Notes: generated by a model not told the origin, from the letters alone. Shown: positions 1 through 11,900, numbered from the stretch's first letter. The stretch: 64,000 nt of DNA from Selaginella moellendorffii (GCF_000143415.4 NW_003314268.1:832336-896335), one strand, 5' to 3'. A program made the numbers and translations.

Positions 1-1964
1 ATACCAAGGGGGCCATATTGGAAGATGTGAATCGGGAACTCCAGAGTAATGGCTACAGGAAGCTGAGCCAGTCTAGATTTAGTAGATTGTGGAGCAACAG
101 GTTCAGGGATGTGAGTATAGGAAAGTACTCCAGCTTTTCAAAGTGTGACGAGTGCACTGCTATCAAAATGGCTTTGTCGAAGAATTCTTGCAGCGCTCAA
201 GAGCGAGAGACGTTGGTTAGAAGGCGGCTCGACCACAACATCGAGCAGAGAAGCTGCAGGACTGCATATTATCATAACAGGATTCTCTCCATGGAGAGAC
301 CTGACTCTTACCTCTGCATCATCCACGACAAAATGGATCAGAAAAAGACGTGCTTACCTCGACTCAATCCTGCCCCCAAGGCAATCTCTTCATCCATGCA
401 GCTGCCTGTGTCTCTGTTTGGCATAATCGCTCATGGGCATGGTGCCCAGAACTATGGGAACTTCTTTGTGCCTCTATGGGGTGGCGGGGGTGCAAACATG
501 ATGATTGCGTCCTTAGCAAAACACTTAAGGTCTCTGCAAAGTGCGCAGACTGAGCTGAACGGCCAACCCTTGCATAAGGCCCTTGTCGATCGAACCCCAT
601 ACAGGGTTCAGCTGGAGGAGGAGCAAAGGCTTGCAGTATCGCGTGGGGACCCATGCCATCCTAGTGAATATGTTGGCCGTCAGATTGTAGGGTTATCACG
701 TGAGGCCTCATGCCATTACGACGAGGCTGGTCGCCCGGTGAATGCACAGCCTCATCCAAACGAAGCAGAATCTCAAGGAAGTTCTTGCGGCCGATGTGGC
801 CTTCCACCCCATCTTCTGCTCCAAACAGACAATGCTGGCAGTGAGAACAAAAACATGTACGTCTTCGCGTACTTGGCGATGCTTGTTGCCAAAGGCATAT
901 TTGAAACGGTTACACTTGGCTTTCTCATGGTTGGGCACACTCATGAAGACGTCGATGCCATGTTCAGTCACCTGGCAGAGTCCCTCCGGCGATCCAATGT
1001 CCTCACCCTCCCACAACTCTACGATGAATTCCAAAATTGCATCAAAGGCACTGTTGAAGCTGCACTTGTGACAGAGGTTCCAGACTTTAAGGGGTTTGTA
1101 AGAGGCTACATCAGGGACGGATCCGAAACGCTGATTGGCCACTCCAAGCCTCTTCAGTTTCATTTCAGCATGCGTGACGGTGCTCCAGTGATGAGGTACA
1201 AGATGAGAGAATGGGACACAGTGTGGCTGCCAGTGGATGGCATTGAACTCTTCAAGAGAGATCCCATAATTGGGGAACCTATGATTCCTCAGGGTTCCCC
1301 ACGGCCGATGCACCCGGATGGACTCAAAGACCAGGAAAGTATAGTGGCCGGGATTAGACAGCATATTGCCTTCTGGAAGAGGGGGTTGGTGTTTGGTGGA
1401 GAATCCTATTTTAAGAGGTGCAAGCCTTTGCTCGAATACTGGGAGAAGATTATATCTGCTATCCAAAATGGGCCGGTTGTATATGAAGAATTGGAAGAGT
1501 CCTTTTGGCCAGAACCCAGAGCACCAGATAGTAGCGGAACAATGTCCTCTGGAAATGCAGTGACAGATAACGATGTTGAGGATCACTATTGTGGGCCGAG
1601 GAACAAGAAGCCGGATTCAGCATTCAATCCAGTACAGGTCTGCAAAGGAATGGTCGTGCTTGTCAGACCCAGTAATAAAAAACAAATGATATGGGTGGGG
1701 CGCTGCATCACTGATGCAGAGGAGGACGCGGAAACTAACTCCTTCAATGTAACTGTGGAGTGGTTCAAGCCAAGTTCCGGATATACGAAGGATTGCCTAG
1801 AAAAGAGATGGGTGCTGAATCCAAGGGATCCCAGCATGAGCATATCGGTGGATAATGTTGTGCATGGTTGGATGCGGAAGCAGAGTGCCACCATCACCTT
1901 GCCAGACCATGCAAGAGATGCAGCAAGAGCATTCATAACCCGGGTTCAAGGTGAGATTCATTAA
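1..1964 (+). CDS. DNA transposase-like protein (RNase H-fold, DDD-type; Sola1/DUF7869-like), 5'-truncated by the window edge
   Basis: Frame is open from base 3 to TAA at 1964 (>650 codons). Motifs: CDEC...H, IIHDKMDQKKTCLP, LLLQTDNAGSENKN and FLMVGHTHEDVDAMFS, the D..D..GH-x4-D pattern of Sola1-like transposases. The superfamily assignment is from recall. Confidence 0.75.
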   Translation, partial: TKGAILEDVNRELQSNGYRKLSQSRFSRLWSNRFRDVSIGKYSSFSKCDECTAIKMALSKNSCSAQERETLVRRRLDHNIEQRSCRTAYYHNRILSMERPDSYLCIIHDKMDQKKTCLPRLNPAPKAISSSMQLPVSLFGIIAHGHGAQNYGNFFVPLWGGGGANMMIASLAKHLRSLQSAQTELNGQPLHKALVDRTPYRVQLEEEQRLAVSRGDPCHPSEYVGRQIVGLSREASCHYDEAGRPVNAQPHPNEAESQGSSCGRCGLPPHLLLQTDNAGSENKNMYVFAYLAMLVAKGIFETVTLGFLMVGHTHEDVDAMFSHLAESLRRSNVLTLPQLYDEFQNCIKGTVEAALVTEVPDFKGFVRGYIRDGSETLIGHSKPLQFHFSMRDGAPVMRYKMREWDTVWLPVDGIELFKRDPIIGEPMIPQGSPRPMHPDGLKDQESIVAGIRQHIAFWKRGLVFGGESYFKRCKPLLEYWEKIISAIQNGPVVYEELEESFWPEPRAPDSSGTMSSGNAVTDNDVEDHYCGPRNKKPDSAFNPVQVCKGMVVLVRPSNKKQMIWVGRCITDAEEDAETNSFNVTVEWFKPSSGYTKDCLEKRWVLNPRDPSMSISVDNVVHGWMRKQSATITLPDHARDAARAFITRVQGEIH

Positions 1965-1997
1965 TATTCCTTTACTAAGTTTCTAATGTATTTTATT

Positions 1998-2480
1998 TCA
2001 AGGTGAACAATCCGAATCTGAATCAGAGGAGGCGTGATGGCATGGCGTGATGGTGTGAGGCGTGACACCAAAAAGGAGGTGTCCACTAGCGCTTAGGTTT
2101 ATAATGGCGTGTGCCCTCAGGCCTTTTACTAAATCACCTTTGAAAGAAATGCAAGCCTCTATGTCGTAAAAAAAAGGTACTAGAGAAATTCCTTAATAAT
2201 ATGAATGTTATTTAGTTTCATGAAAATACACTAAGGGTCAAATGAGTTAAATGACTTCTCCAGACTAGCAATGCCTCTTGCTACACCTTCACAATTAGAT
2301 TCGTTAGAAAAAGATAACATTGAATAATATCTAAATGTTCTCACCATTAAGTTATATGTCTGGCTAATAGGAATGACGTTCATCTTGGAAAGCTCACCAC
2401 ACGCTCAATGAACAAACAAATAGTGTGTGCGCGCATGCCATCGCTCTTCTTTAGCTTCAGATTCGGCTTGTTCACCTTGA
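1998..2480. repeat. 25-bp inverted repeat pair (subterminal repeat of the transposon, or a MITE-like unit)
   Basis: TCAAGGTGAACAATCCGAATCTGAA (1998-2022) and TTCAGATTCGGCTTGTTCACCTTGA (2456-2480) match at 24/25, with weaker inward extension (GATGGCATG/CATGCCATC). No TSD seen. Confidence 0.7.
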
Positions 2481-2667
2481 CAATGAGATTTTTTATACAA
2501 CCAGATGGACTCAGTCTGGACACAAAGTCACCGCGCTAGTCACCATGCCCCAGATATGTCTAGCCCCTGGACAAAAAACATATAATTTCACGTCATTTTC
2601 AAATACTTGAAAATTTGTACCTAGTCCCATTTTACTGAATAAATCCCACTTTAACGAAATAGAGCTT

Positions 2668-4890
2668 CTATACGCGAAGCTTGAGAAATGTTCCTTTGAT
2701 CAGCAATCTGTGGAGTTCCTTGGGTACATTGTCACTCCTGACGGTATCACGATGGATCCTGCCAAAGTCAAGACTATTCTCGAATGGGAGCCTCCACAAT
2801 TAATGTCGGACGTTCAGGTTTTCCTTGGCTTCGCCAACTTCTACCGCAAATTCATTGATCACTACTCTGACATTGTCCTTCCTCTCACATATCTCACTCG
2901 CAAGGATGTTCCCTTCTCTTGGTCTGCTGCTGCCCAGCAGGCCTTCGACACACTCAAGGCGGCCTTCAGTTTTGCTCCTGTCTTGATCCATGCTGATTCC
3001 TCATAACCTTTCTTCATTGAGGCTGACGCCTCTGACTTTGCCATTGGTGCTGTGCTGTCTCAACTCGGAGCGGATCACGAACTTCATCCGGTCGCTTTCC
3101 ATTCTCAGAAATTCCAGCCTGCGGAGATCAACTACGAAATCCACGACAAGGAGCTCCTTGCCATCGTGGATTCCTTTGGAGAGTGGCGCCGTTTCTTGGA
3201 GGGGGTGAGCCATCAAACAACAGTCTGGACGGATCACAAAAATCTCGAGTACTTTGCCACTTCCCGAGTTTTAAGCCGTCGTCAAGCAAGGTGGGCACAA
3301 TTCCTAAGTCGGTTTGACTTTGTTATCAAGTACAGACCTGGAAAGTTTCAAGGCCTTTCTAATGCTCTTTCAAGGCGCTCCTATCTCAGTCTTAGGCCTG
3401 GTTATCCTGCCTTCGATCAACAGGATCAAGTTATCCTCGATCCTAATCGGCTTCAAGTTATGGCAATTTCCCTGGCCCCTCAGGACTCCTCCTTGATGGA
3501 TGCAATCAGAAACGATCTTCAATCCAATGATCTCGCTAGCGAGATTTTCCTCCATCTTCAGGCTAGACACCCAGTGACTCCCGACTGCCGGCGATTTGAC
3601 GAGTTTGAGTTCTTAGATGGTTTATTGTACCGTGGGGAGCAACTTTACGTTCCTGAAGGTGATGCTCGAAGGTTGGTCCTGATGGCGTGCCACAATAGCC
3701 CGACTACTGGTCACTTCGGCATTGCGATAACCTATGAGCTAGTTGCATGGGACTTTTGGTGGCCTCACATGGACGACTACATCAAAGCTTTTGTTACCTC
3801 TTGTGACACTTGTGCCCAGAATAAGGTACCTCGCCACCTTCCTTCAAGTTTGCTTCGTTCCCTTCCGGTCCCTTCAGGTCCTTGGGAATCCATCTCCATG
3901 GATTTCTTGAGTGATCTTCCGAGTTCTAGAGGCTTCAACAGCATTTTAGTCATGGTGGATCGCTTCACAAAGATGGCGCACTTCTTGCCATGTACCAAGG
4001 AGTTTTCGCACGAGGACATGGCAAAACTGGTATTCAGGGAAATTTTCTGACTTCATGGGATTCCTACAGATGTGGTTTCGGATCGGGGGCCTCAGTTCAT
4101 CTCTCATTTCTGGCAATGGTTTTTGCAACTGCTTGGAGTGAAGGCCAACCTCTCTTCGGCATATCATCCTCAAACTGATGGGCAGTCCGAGCGAACGATT
4201 CAGACGTTGGAACAATTCTTGAGGTGCTTCATCAACTATCATCAGGATAACTGATTCGATATCCTTCCTCTTGCTGAGTTCTCCTATAACAACTCTGTTC
4301 ACTCCTCTCTTCGAGTTTCCCCCTTCTTTGCAAACTCTGGCCGAAATCCCTGATTCAATCTCTCACTTCCTTCTCCATCTGAATCCTCTCGTTCAAATCC
4401 CCGCTTTGAGGCATTTATCTCCAACCTCCAGGAAATCCACAACTCCATCTCCTTCCACCTCCATCGTGCTCAGGAATCTCATAAAACATTTGCCAATGTC
4501 CATCGTCAGGATTGTCCCCCTTACAATATCGGGGATAAAGTCTGGCTCCTCAGGCGAAATATCTCCACCACCAGGCCCTGTCCAAAACTCAATTTCAAAC
4601 GCCTTGATCCTTTCCCTATCACTGCCATCATTAATCCTGTCACTTATCGCCTTGCACTTCCCTCCTCATATCAAATTCACCCCGTTTTTCACTCCTCTCT
4701 CCTTGAGCCTTATATTCTCAGTCCTATTCCAAATTGGGTCATTCCTCTACCTCCACCAGTGCAGCTCGAGGATGGGTCTGAGTACGAGGTTCAGGACATC
4801 CTTGATTCCAAGATTTCACGGTCTAAACTCTACTATCTGGTGGACTGGAACGCACTTGGGAACCTGCGGACAACCTGATTCATTCTCCTG
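2668..4890 (+). pseudogene. Decayed pol: RT C-terminus, RNase H, integrase, chromodomain
   Basis: LYAKLEKCSF..VEFLG; EADASDFAIGAVL; NYEIHDKELLAI; WTDHKNLEYF; H..GH..CDTC; WESISMDF; SDRGPQF; [12 protein letters not shown]; EYEVQDILDS..YYLVDW..TWEP. Stops at 3004, 4048, 4252 and 4351, and a deletion/frameshift in the chromodomain. Confidence 0.9.
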
Positions 4891-5035
4891 ACCTTGTTCA
4901 GGACTTCCCCTGCCGCTATCCTTCTCGTCCCAGTCCTCATTCTTTTTCTCCATCTCCCATCCCTCGCCGCTCATCTCATCCTCCTCTTCGTTCTCGTTCA
5001 CATCCTCGTTCCACTCGTTCTTGAGGAGGGGGTGT

Positions 5036-5396
5036 TGTTAGGAATCCCCCAATTCTTGCCACATTCTTGACTCTCGCCGGATTCCTGACCTGCAGACCAC
5101 ATTCCTGACTCTCGAGACACTTCCCTATTCCTGACTCTCGAGACACTTCCCGATTCTTGAGTCTCGAGCCACATTCCTGATGATGATGTGGCGCCTCCTC
5201 GACCTCAGCTATATTTAGGCCGTCCTCGATCCAAGAGTGGTGAAGCTTCATCAACCTATAGTATATATAGGTTAGCTTTGTTCCATTTCTCCACAATCTA
5301 AATCAATGCCAGTCTAAGGCCTCTTCTTTGTTTCCACTAGCTTTTCTCTTTGTCTTTTTGCATTTTCCAGTCTTGATCTTGTCAGGGGTCTTGACA
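5036..5396 (+). repeat. 3' LTR of the chromovirus (361 bp)
   Basis: TG...CA ends directly after the PPT; homologous to the solo LTR at 45702-46060. Confidence 0.88.
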
Positions 5397-6511
5397 GTTT
5401 TGACCCTTTATCCTATAGTGATTTACCATAGGATAACACCACAAAGCAGAACCTAAATCCTTTTTGTGCCACGTGAAAGATGCCACGTGTCACATGCCAC
5501 ATGTCCATGCCACGTATCCATAGGAACCCGAGGTTCAGCGCCTTGGGGAAGGAACAGTGCCAAACTCCCAAGCGTGGAGCCAAAGAGTGATGGAACCGAT
5601 CCACGGAGCAACTCCTGAGCATAAAGCCCAAGGAGCAAAGGGATAGAAGCCCGGAGCGACTTGGAACAGTCCTAGAGTAACCAACATTCCAATGCCAGGA
5701 CTAGCACACAAAACGGAGCCAAACGGAGTCTGGCGCTATTTCGGCATACCGGTGGCCTAACTCGAGAACATGGGTACTCCCCTAGCTGGAACTTGGGCTT
5801 AGACCCAAGCTGGATGCAGAACAAGGATAGGCACGCAAGCGGGAGCTAGACTATGCCTCAGGTTGGTCGGCCATGCCCGACCTACCCCCTATCCCTACTA
5901 TACATTTGGAGCCCCCATAGCCCCCCCCCCCCCCCTTGAGGAACGCACGTTTTGGGCTTTCACCCCAAGCCTCCCTTAGTATCAGGAGTTAGTCTCTGGG
6001 ACAAGCTCGAAACTTACTAAATATGGAATGTCCCTAGATTGTGAATTTGGACATAGGACAAACACCATTGTGTTCAGACCGATCTCTACATTCCGTAGAT
6101 ATGCCAAATGAGCAAATCTGGACACTTTCCATAAATAGCATTTGGGATCGAAATGAGACTAACACAAAGGGCATGATAGCGAGGGTGTTTAGCAGACACG
6201 GTAAGCTATCATCTAGCGATATTGAGGGACCAATCTCAATATCACGGGGGTTCCCAAAACTAGCAAGTGCAAATCAACGAATGAGTTTCTCTAACCAGGT
6301 CAAGTATGCTTGACAAATAGCACGTAGGAATTCCATCCTTATGCCCATCTGGTCAAGTGCACACACAAAGACCAGTTTCTTAACTAGCTTAGGCGGAGAC
6401 TGATAATAGGTCCAGCAATACCGACCTCCTACCATCGTGGCAGTAAGGTAAGAGTGTCCGTAAGGACTAGTTGACAAGTAACTTTCGATACCCAAAGTCA
6501 CATTCGCGACA
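5397..6511 (-). repeat. Family A LTR copy, interrupted about 13 bp from its 3' end by the chromovirus
   Basis: Reverse complement of 7821-8970. It starts TGTCGCGAATGTG at 6511 and stops at ...GGGTCAAAAC, lacking the terminal CACGTGCGCTACA. Confidence 0.88.
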
Positions 6512-6929
6512 ACAACTATGGATGGAAAGGGATTAGATAGAGACTGAAAAAGGGATATTAAAAAAAGGGTGTTTTCTATGTTTTTAGGCATCCTAAAGAT
6601 GCTAAAATGTGGTCATAAGATGACCACTCATGGACAGATTGCCCAATCTTTGGGAGACAACATTGTGGTATAGGTGGTCCTAGGCTACCAATTAAATAAA
6701 GATGAATGGATATAGCCTTAGTATAATAGGATGATATGTTATTGGTATCTTTAGGTGTTTATCGTGGGATTAGACATTTGGAGCATTTGGACCAAGTGCA
6801 AAAGTTGAGTGGCATACAAGTCATTCATGAGGCTAGTAAGTCCTTAAAATGGGAATAAAATTTATAAAAATGGTGAGTGAAACTCCTCCAAATGGTCAAA
6901 TGTGTGGTTAAGTGATTTAGTTGCTTACA
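6512..6929 (+). repeat. Diverged 3' part of a family C LTR
   Basis: Matches the reverse complement of ~38731-39160 (GCATCCTAA.GATGCTAA, GACCAAGTGCAAA.GTTGAGTGGCAT, TGTGGTTAAGTGA...CTTACA). Confidence 0.7.
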
Positions 6930-6959
6930 TAAGAAGGATGTTCTAAATATTACTTTCTA

Positions 6960-7700
6960 TAACCCATTTAATTTATATGAATTTTTTATGATGCTGTATA
7001 GATTGAATAATTCTTTGGAGACTTTTTGGATGATATTCTTTACAATATGTTAAAGGTGACTATTAATTTCATTGATAATGTCTTGATCCACTTTAAGGGG
7101 ACATAGGAGGAACACACTTGTGATGTTTGTAAAACATTGGGATCAGCTATAGGAAGTTAATTTGACATTAATACGGTTAAAATGCATATATCTTGAGTAT
7201 TATATTTTTCATGGAAATTTACAAATTGATTCTGACATACTTGTGGATGTTATGAAGTTTTCTACTCCAAAGTGCGTGAACAACATGCAACACTTTCTTG
7301 GCAAGGTGCAATATCTTTTTCATGTTATTGTCTTTTTTTATCATTGCAAGCATTAATGAAGTTGTTCATATTATTTTTCATCTAATTTGGGATTGTGAAC
7401 AGGCATTCGTAGATCTCAAAGATGTGTTGACAATTTTTCTAGTTTTTGAGTATTTTAACTACACTCAACCTTTTGTAAATGCTTTTGATATTATCTCAAA
7501 GGTGTGTTGTTGCTAAAGAGCATGATTGTATTTGGCAAATATAATTCTATTGTGTATATTAGCCATATGTTGCAACTAATGGAGGTGAACTACTCCATGA
7601 TAACAAAAGTTTCAAAAAGATTTATGCGTATTTACATAGTTTTTAGACATTGCTAAAAAATGATTATGTTGCAGTCTTTTCATTATTAAAGTGGAAGAAT
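6960..7700 (+). pseudogene. Highly degenerate Ty3/gypsy RT-RNase H remnant
   Basis: Fragments FIDNVLIH (YxDD-like), MQHFLGKVQY, WDCEQAFVDLKDVLT and EVNYS, with many stops. Confidence 0.55.
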
Positions 7701-7820
7701 TTTGCTAGTGTAGTGCATGTGATCATGGGATGAAATTTGGATATATTGTTATTGTGGATTTTTGGAACTTTCAAGAATAAATAAGGATAAAATAGCCACT
7801 AAGGGTTCTCTCATCCTTTT

Positions 7821-8970
7821 TGTCGCGCATGTGACTTCGGGTATCGAAAGTTACCTATTGGCTAGTCCTTACGGACACTCTTACCTTACTGCCACGATGG
7901 CAGGAGGTCGGTATTGCTGGACCCGTTATCAGTTTCCACCTAAGCTAGTTGAGAAACTGGTCATCACATGTGCACTTAGACCGGAAGGGCACTAAGGAAG
8001 GAAATCCTAAGTTGTCATTTAGTCAAGCAGACTTGACACGGTGATGAGAAACTCATGATGTTGGCTTGCACTTGCTAGTGTTAGGAACCCCCGCGATATT
8101 GAGATTGGTCCCTCAATATTCGCTAGATGATAGCTTACCGTGTCTGCCAAACACCCTCGCTATCATGCCCTTTGTGTTAGTCTCATTTTAGTCCCAAATG
8201 CTATTTATGGAAAGTGTCCAGATTTGCTCATTTGGCATATCTACAGAATGTAGAGATCGGCCTGAACACAATGGTGTTCGTCCCGTGTCCAAATTCGCAT
8301 TCTAAGGACATTCCATATTTAGTAAGTTTCGAGCTTGTCCCAGAGACTAACTCCTGGTACTAAGGGAGGCTTGGGGTGAAAGCCCAAAGCGTGTGTTCCT
8401 CAAGGGGGGGGGGCTATGGGGGGTTCCAAATGTATAGTAGGGATAGTGGGTAGGTCGGGCATGGCCGACCAACCTGAGGCATAGTCTAGCTCCCGCTTGC
8501 GTGCTTGTCCTTGTTCTGCGTCCGGCTTGGGTCTAAGCCCAAGTTCCATTCCATGCTAGCTGGTGGAGTACCCATATCCTCACGTTAGGCCACCGGTATG
8601 CTGAAATAGCGCCAGACTCCGTTTGGCTCCGTTTTGCGTGCTGGTCCTGGCATTGGTATGCTGGTTGCTCCAGGACTGTTCCAAGTCGCTCCGGGCTCTT
8701 GTCCCTTCGCTCCTTGGGCTATATGCTCAGGAGTTGCTCCGTGGTCCGGTTCCATCACTCCTTGGCGTCACGCTTGGGAGTTTGGCACCGTTCGTTCGTT
8801 CAGTGGCTCAAGGCCCTGAACCTTGGGTTCCTGTGGACACGTGGCATGGACACGTGGCATGTGACACATGGCATCTGTCACATGGCACAAAGAGGGTTTA
8901 GGTTCCGCTTCGTGGTGTTATCCTATGGTAAATCACCATAGGATAAAGGGTCAAAACCACGTGCGCTACA
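7821..8970 (+). repeat. Family A 5' LTR
   Basis: TGTCGCGCATGTG...GTGCGCTACA. Confidence 0.95.
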
Positions 8971-8972
8971 TT

Positions 8973-8983
8973 TGGTATCAGAG
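8973..8983 (+). promoter_or_regulatory. Primer-binding site (tRNA-iMet)
   Basis: TGGTATCAGAG, 2 nt after the 5' LTR. Confidence 0.9.
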
Positions 8984-11900
8984 GATGAGTCTCAGCGAGT
9001 ACTATTCAATGAGATTGGGCAACTAGTCTTGTTGCATACGCAGAGATGAAAACGATGATCCGAGTGGGTACACGTTTGGGTGCAAAGACTTCGCAATCGT
9101 TCCTTGGGTATGGATTCGGTTACCTTCTTGTACCGTAATTATGTGAGCTTGCTCTTGGGCTCATAAGATGGATTTGAGTTGTTCCAGTAGCACGAGTTTG
9201 CGCTTGGGCTCGTGAGTGAGGCACATTAGCAACTCAAGGTTGCACTTTGAGTTGGCAGGATTAATGTTAGCCTATCGGTGGTTCCATGAGTTGTTCCATG
9301 TACCGTGGGTGAAAGCAAACTTTCCCTGGGTTTGCTATGAGTGGCAAATAGGCTGGTCCGTAGCTGTTTAGCACGGCACTAGTGGATCCTTCCTAGGTAT
9401 GATTATAAGTGGATCAATCAAGACTATAGGGATTAGTCTATTGGTTCAAGTAATCATGGCCGTGCTCTCTCATAAATTTTTCTTGGATGGAACTGAAGGC
9501 AGTGTGAAAGCAAGCTTGAGGTTTAGTCAAGATGAGGCCGGAAAGAGAGTCGTTAGGGACGAAGGATCAAATACGTAAATCATTTTCTCTTCTTGGAGAG
9601 ATGATCTGCAACGAGGTGTTAACTCATTGCTTGTGTTCACATCGTGCAATCAAGAGTCCCTATCTTGATGCATGTTGGAGATGGTGGTCTTACAATGGTG
9701 AGTTATGGGATGGATAGTGGTGAAACACTAAACCATTTTGTCTAGGCTCGCTATTGGAAGACTTGGGTTGCAATGCTCAATTCTTTTCCGGGGAACCTTG
9801 CTATTGCTCCTTGAGTAACTTGGTGTTGGATTAGTGTTGAGTTTGGTCGGAAAGAGAGTGGCATGAGCTTGTCCGTGTTGTGAACAAAAGTTAGTGGTGT
9901 TGGGTGTCGTAAACCTCTATTAGTGGAGTGTGGCATTTTTGTTACATTTTGTCGAATCGAGTTGGCATTTGATACTCACATAAACATTTGAAGTAATGAC
10001 ATAGGCATTGCTCATTGCGTTACTCAATTGATGATCAAGTCATTGTGATGCTTATATCATATCCATGTGATAAAGAGTAATGCGTTTACGAAGTTGCTTG
10101 GGTAAATGATGATCAACCCCAAAGTGGTTGATGGAGAAGCTAATCTACTTGCACAAAGTAGCATTGTAGTAGCTTTGACTGGATTCTCTATAGTGGTCCA
10201 TTATGCTAAGTTTAAGTTGGTACCTTGTTTTCTTAAGTTTGCCCACTAAGGTGTTGGAAAAGGGTTGTAGCATTCATTTGCTATACCTTGTCGGTTGATC
10301 CGTTAGCACTTAGAGTAGATTGTTGGATGGAGAAGATGTGGAGTTGGGGCATTGACGTCACTAGCACTTGTGTTAGTGGAAGTGGCATTGTTATTTCAAG
10401 TGATGAGGAATTTTCCTTGGACCTTGATTTTTCATGTCATTTTTCTTGTTAGTGTTTTGGCTTCACATTGGATCTTGAAGGTGATTGAAGAAGATTGTTA
10501 GTGCAATATGGGTATCCGAAGATGTGGTCTTCGTGATCAAGCCTTGGATGTTCATTTTGCACTTTGCGGATGTCGGTGTTGGATATCGGTTAGATGGGCA
10601 AAGATGTTCGATGCTTAAGCATATTTTTGGATTATGAGAATTTTTGTTGAGGTGAACCTATGTGGAGTTGTTAGTAGGAGGAAGTTGGTTGAGTCTTGAA
10701 AGTTTGCAATTCTGGATTGAGAGTCATTCTTTCTCTAGGATGGAAAATTTTCCACAAATTTTCTTAGACTTTTCCAATGGCTGATCTATTGATCACTTTG
10801 CTCGAAAACCATTCCATTTTCAAAAGCGAATACAAACTAGTGAAGGGGTTGGAGTTGACTTCGGTTGGCTTAGATCTTAGTAGGTAGTTTGTATGATGCG
10901 GCCCGAAAGGGATGCTAACTTTTGGGGCTAAAGCAATTGAGTTGGATAAAGTCTGGAGTTGGTGTAGAAAAGTGGCTGTTGCGCTTTTCTAAGAAAGGTG
11001 ACCCTTGTGCCTTTCTTTTGTAGCGTTGTGCTTGGTGACAATTTGCACCTTGCATTTCGTTAGACTCTATGAGAGTAGTGAGCTCTCACTGATCTTGACT
11101 TGGTCTTGGTGGCCCTGCACCTTGGCTGAGGATGGTGATGTCCAACTTAGTTGTTTGAGGTTGAGATGTTGGTACCCGTACTATAGCTTTGTCTATGAGG
11201 AGGTTGTGTACCGATATGAGTCCATCTCATGGTCTTCACTTTAGTTTCGACTGAGTGTTGATCATATAGCTAGCCTCTTCAAGGCATGCTCAGCGCTATT
11301 GACTAAATGCATTAGTGAGCTTATTGCGGTTAAGTTGGATTCGAGTGGTCATTTAGTTTGTGCTTGTCTATGAACTTTTATCTCGTACCTGGGGTATTAT
11401 GTTCATGTTGGACAAGTATGTAACTCGATGACATGAGTTAGTGTTCGGGTCTTGTGAAGGCAAGTTGAAGGGCGATTGTTAGTTGCTTTGCGACTAGTGA
11501 TTACTTGTAGACTTTGTCAAAAAGACCGTTGACACTTGCTTTGCTCGATGATGATTTAGCAGTGGTGGGCTTGCTTGACCGGATGGTGTTGCGGAGGATC
11601 GTGTTGTTGGACTTGCATGGTTTTCCATGTTGGCATGTCGACTTTACCTCTGTTGATATCATTTGGTTACATTTAGTCCGTAGTGTTGGATTTCATTGAG
11701 TCTTGGACGTGGTGAATCACTCCTTGATGATGTGTTATCTGTAACTGAGTATTGTTAGAGGATTGGTCTCGGATACTAAGTATAGTATCTTCGACTTTGG
11801 TTAGCTTGGTTGCTGGAAAGCTCCGAGTGGGGATTCACTCTTGCTTTCTTCTAGCTTTGTCCTGATGTTGATGGCATTGAAGTGATGCTTTGTCGTTGAC

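Larger units (their letters stand above)
2668..5396 (+). mobile_element. Ty3/gypsy chromovirus (Tcn1-like), 3' half with PPT and 3' LTR
   Basis: RT end, RNase H, integrase and chromodomain, then PPT GAGGAGGGGG (5023-5032) and an LTR running TGTTAGGA...TCTTGACA. Confidence 0.9.

Noticed and set aside
8623-8941. Short ORFs in family A LTRs (also 5413-5638, 7762-7995, 14772-15079)
   Set aside because: They lie in LTR sequence, mostly use non-ATG starts, and recur only because the LTR is repeated.
11600-11660. Integrase-like peptide FPCWHVDF in the LARD A interior
   Set aside because: Isolated, with no flanking HHCC or DDE motifs recognisable.
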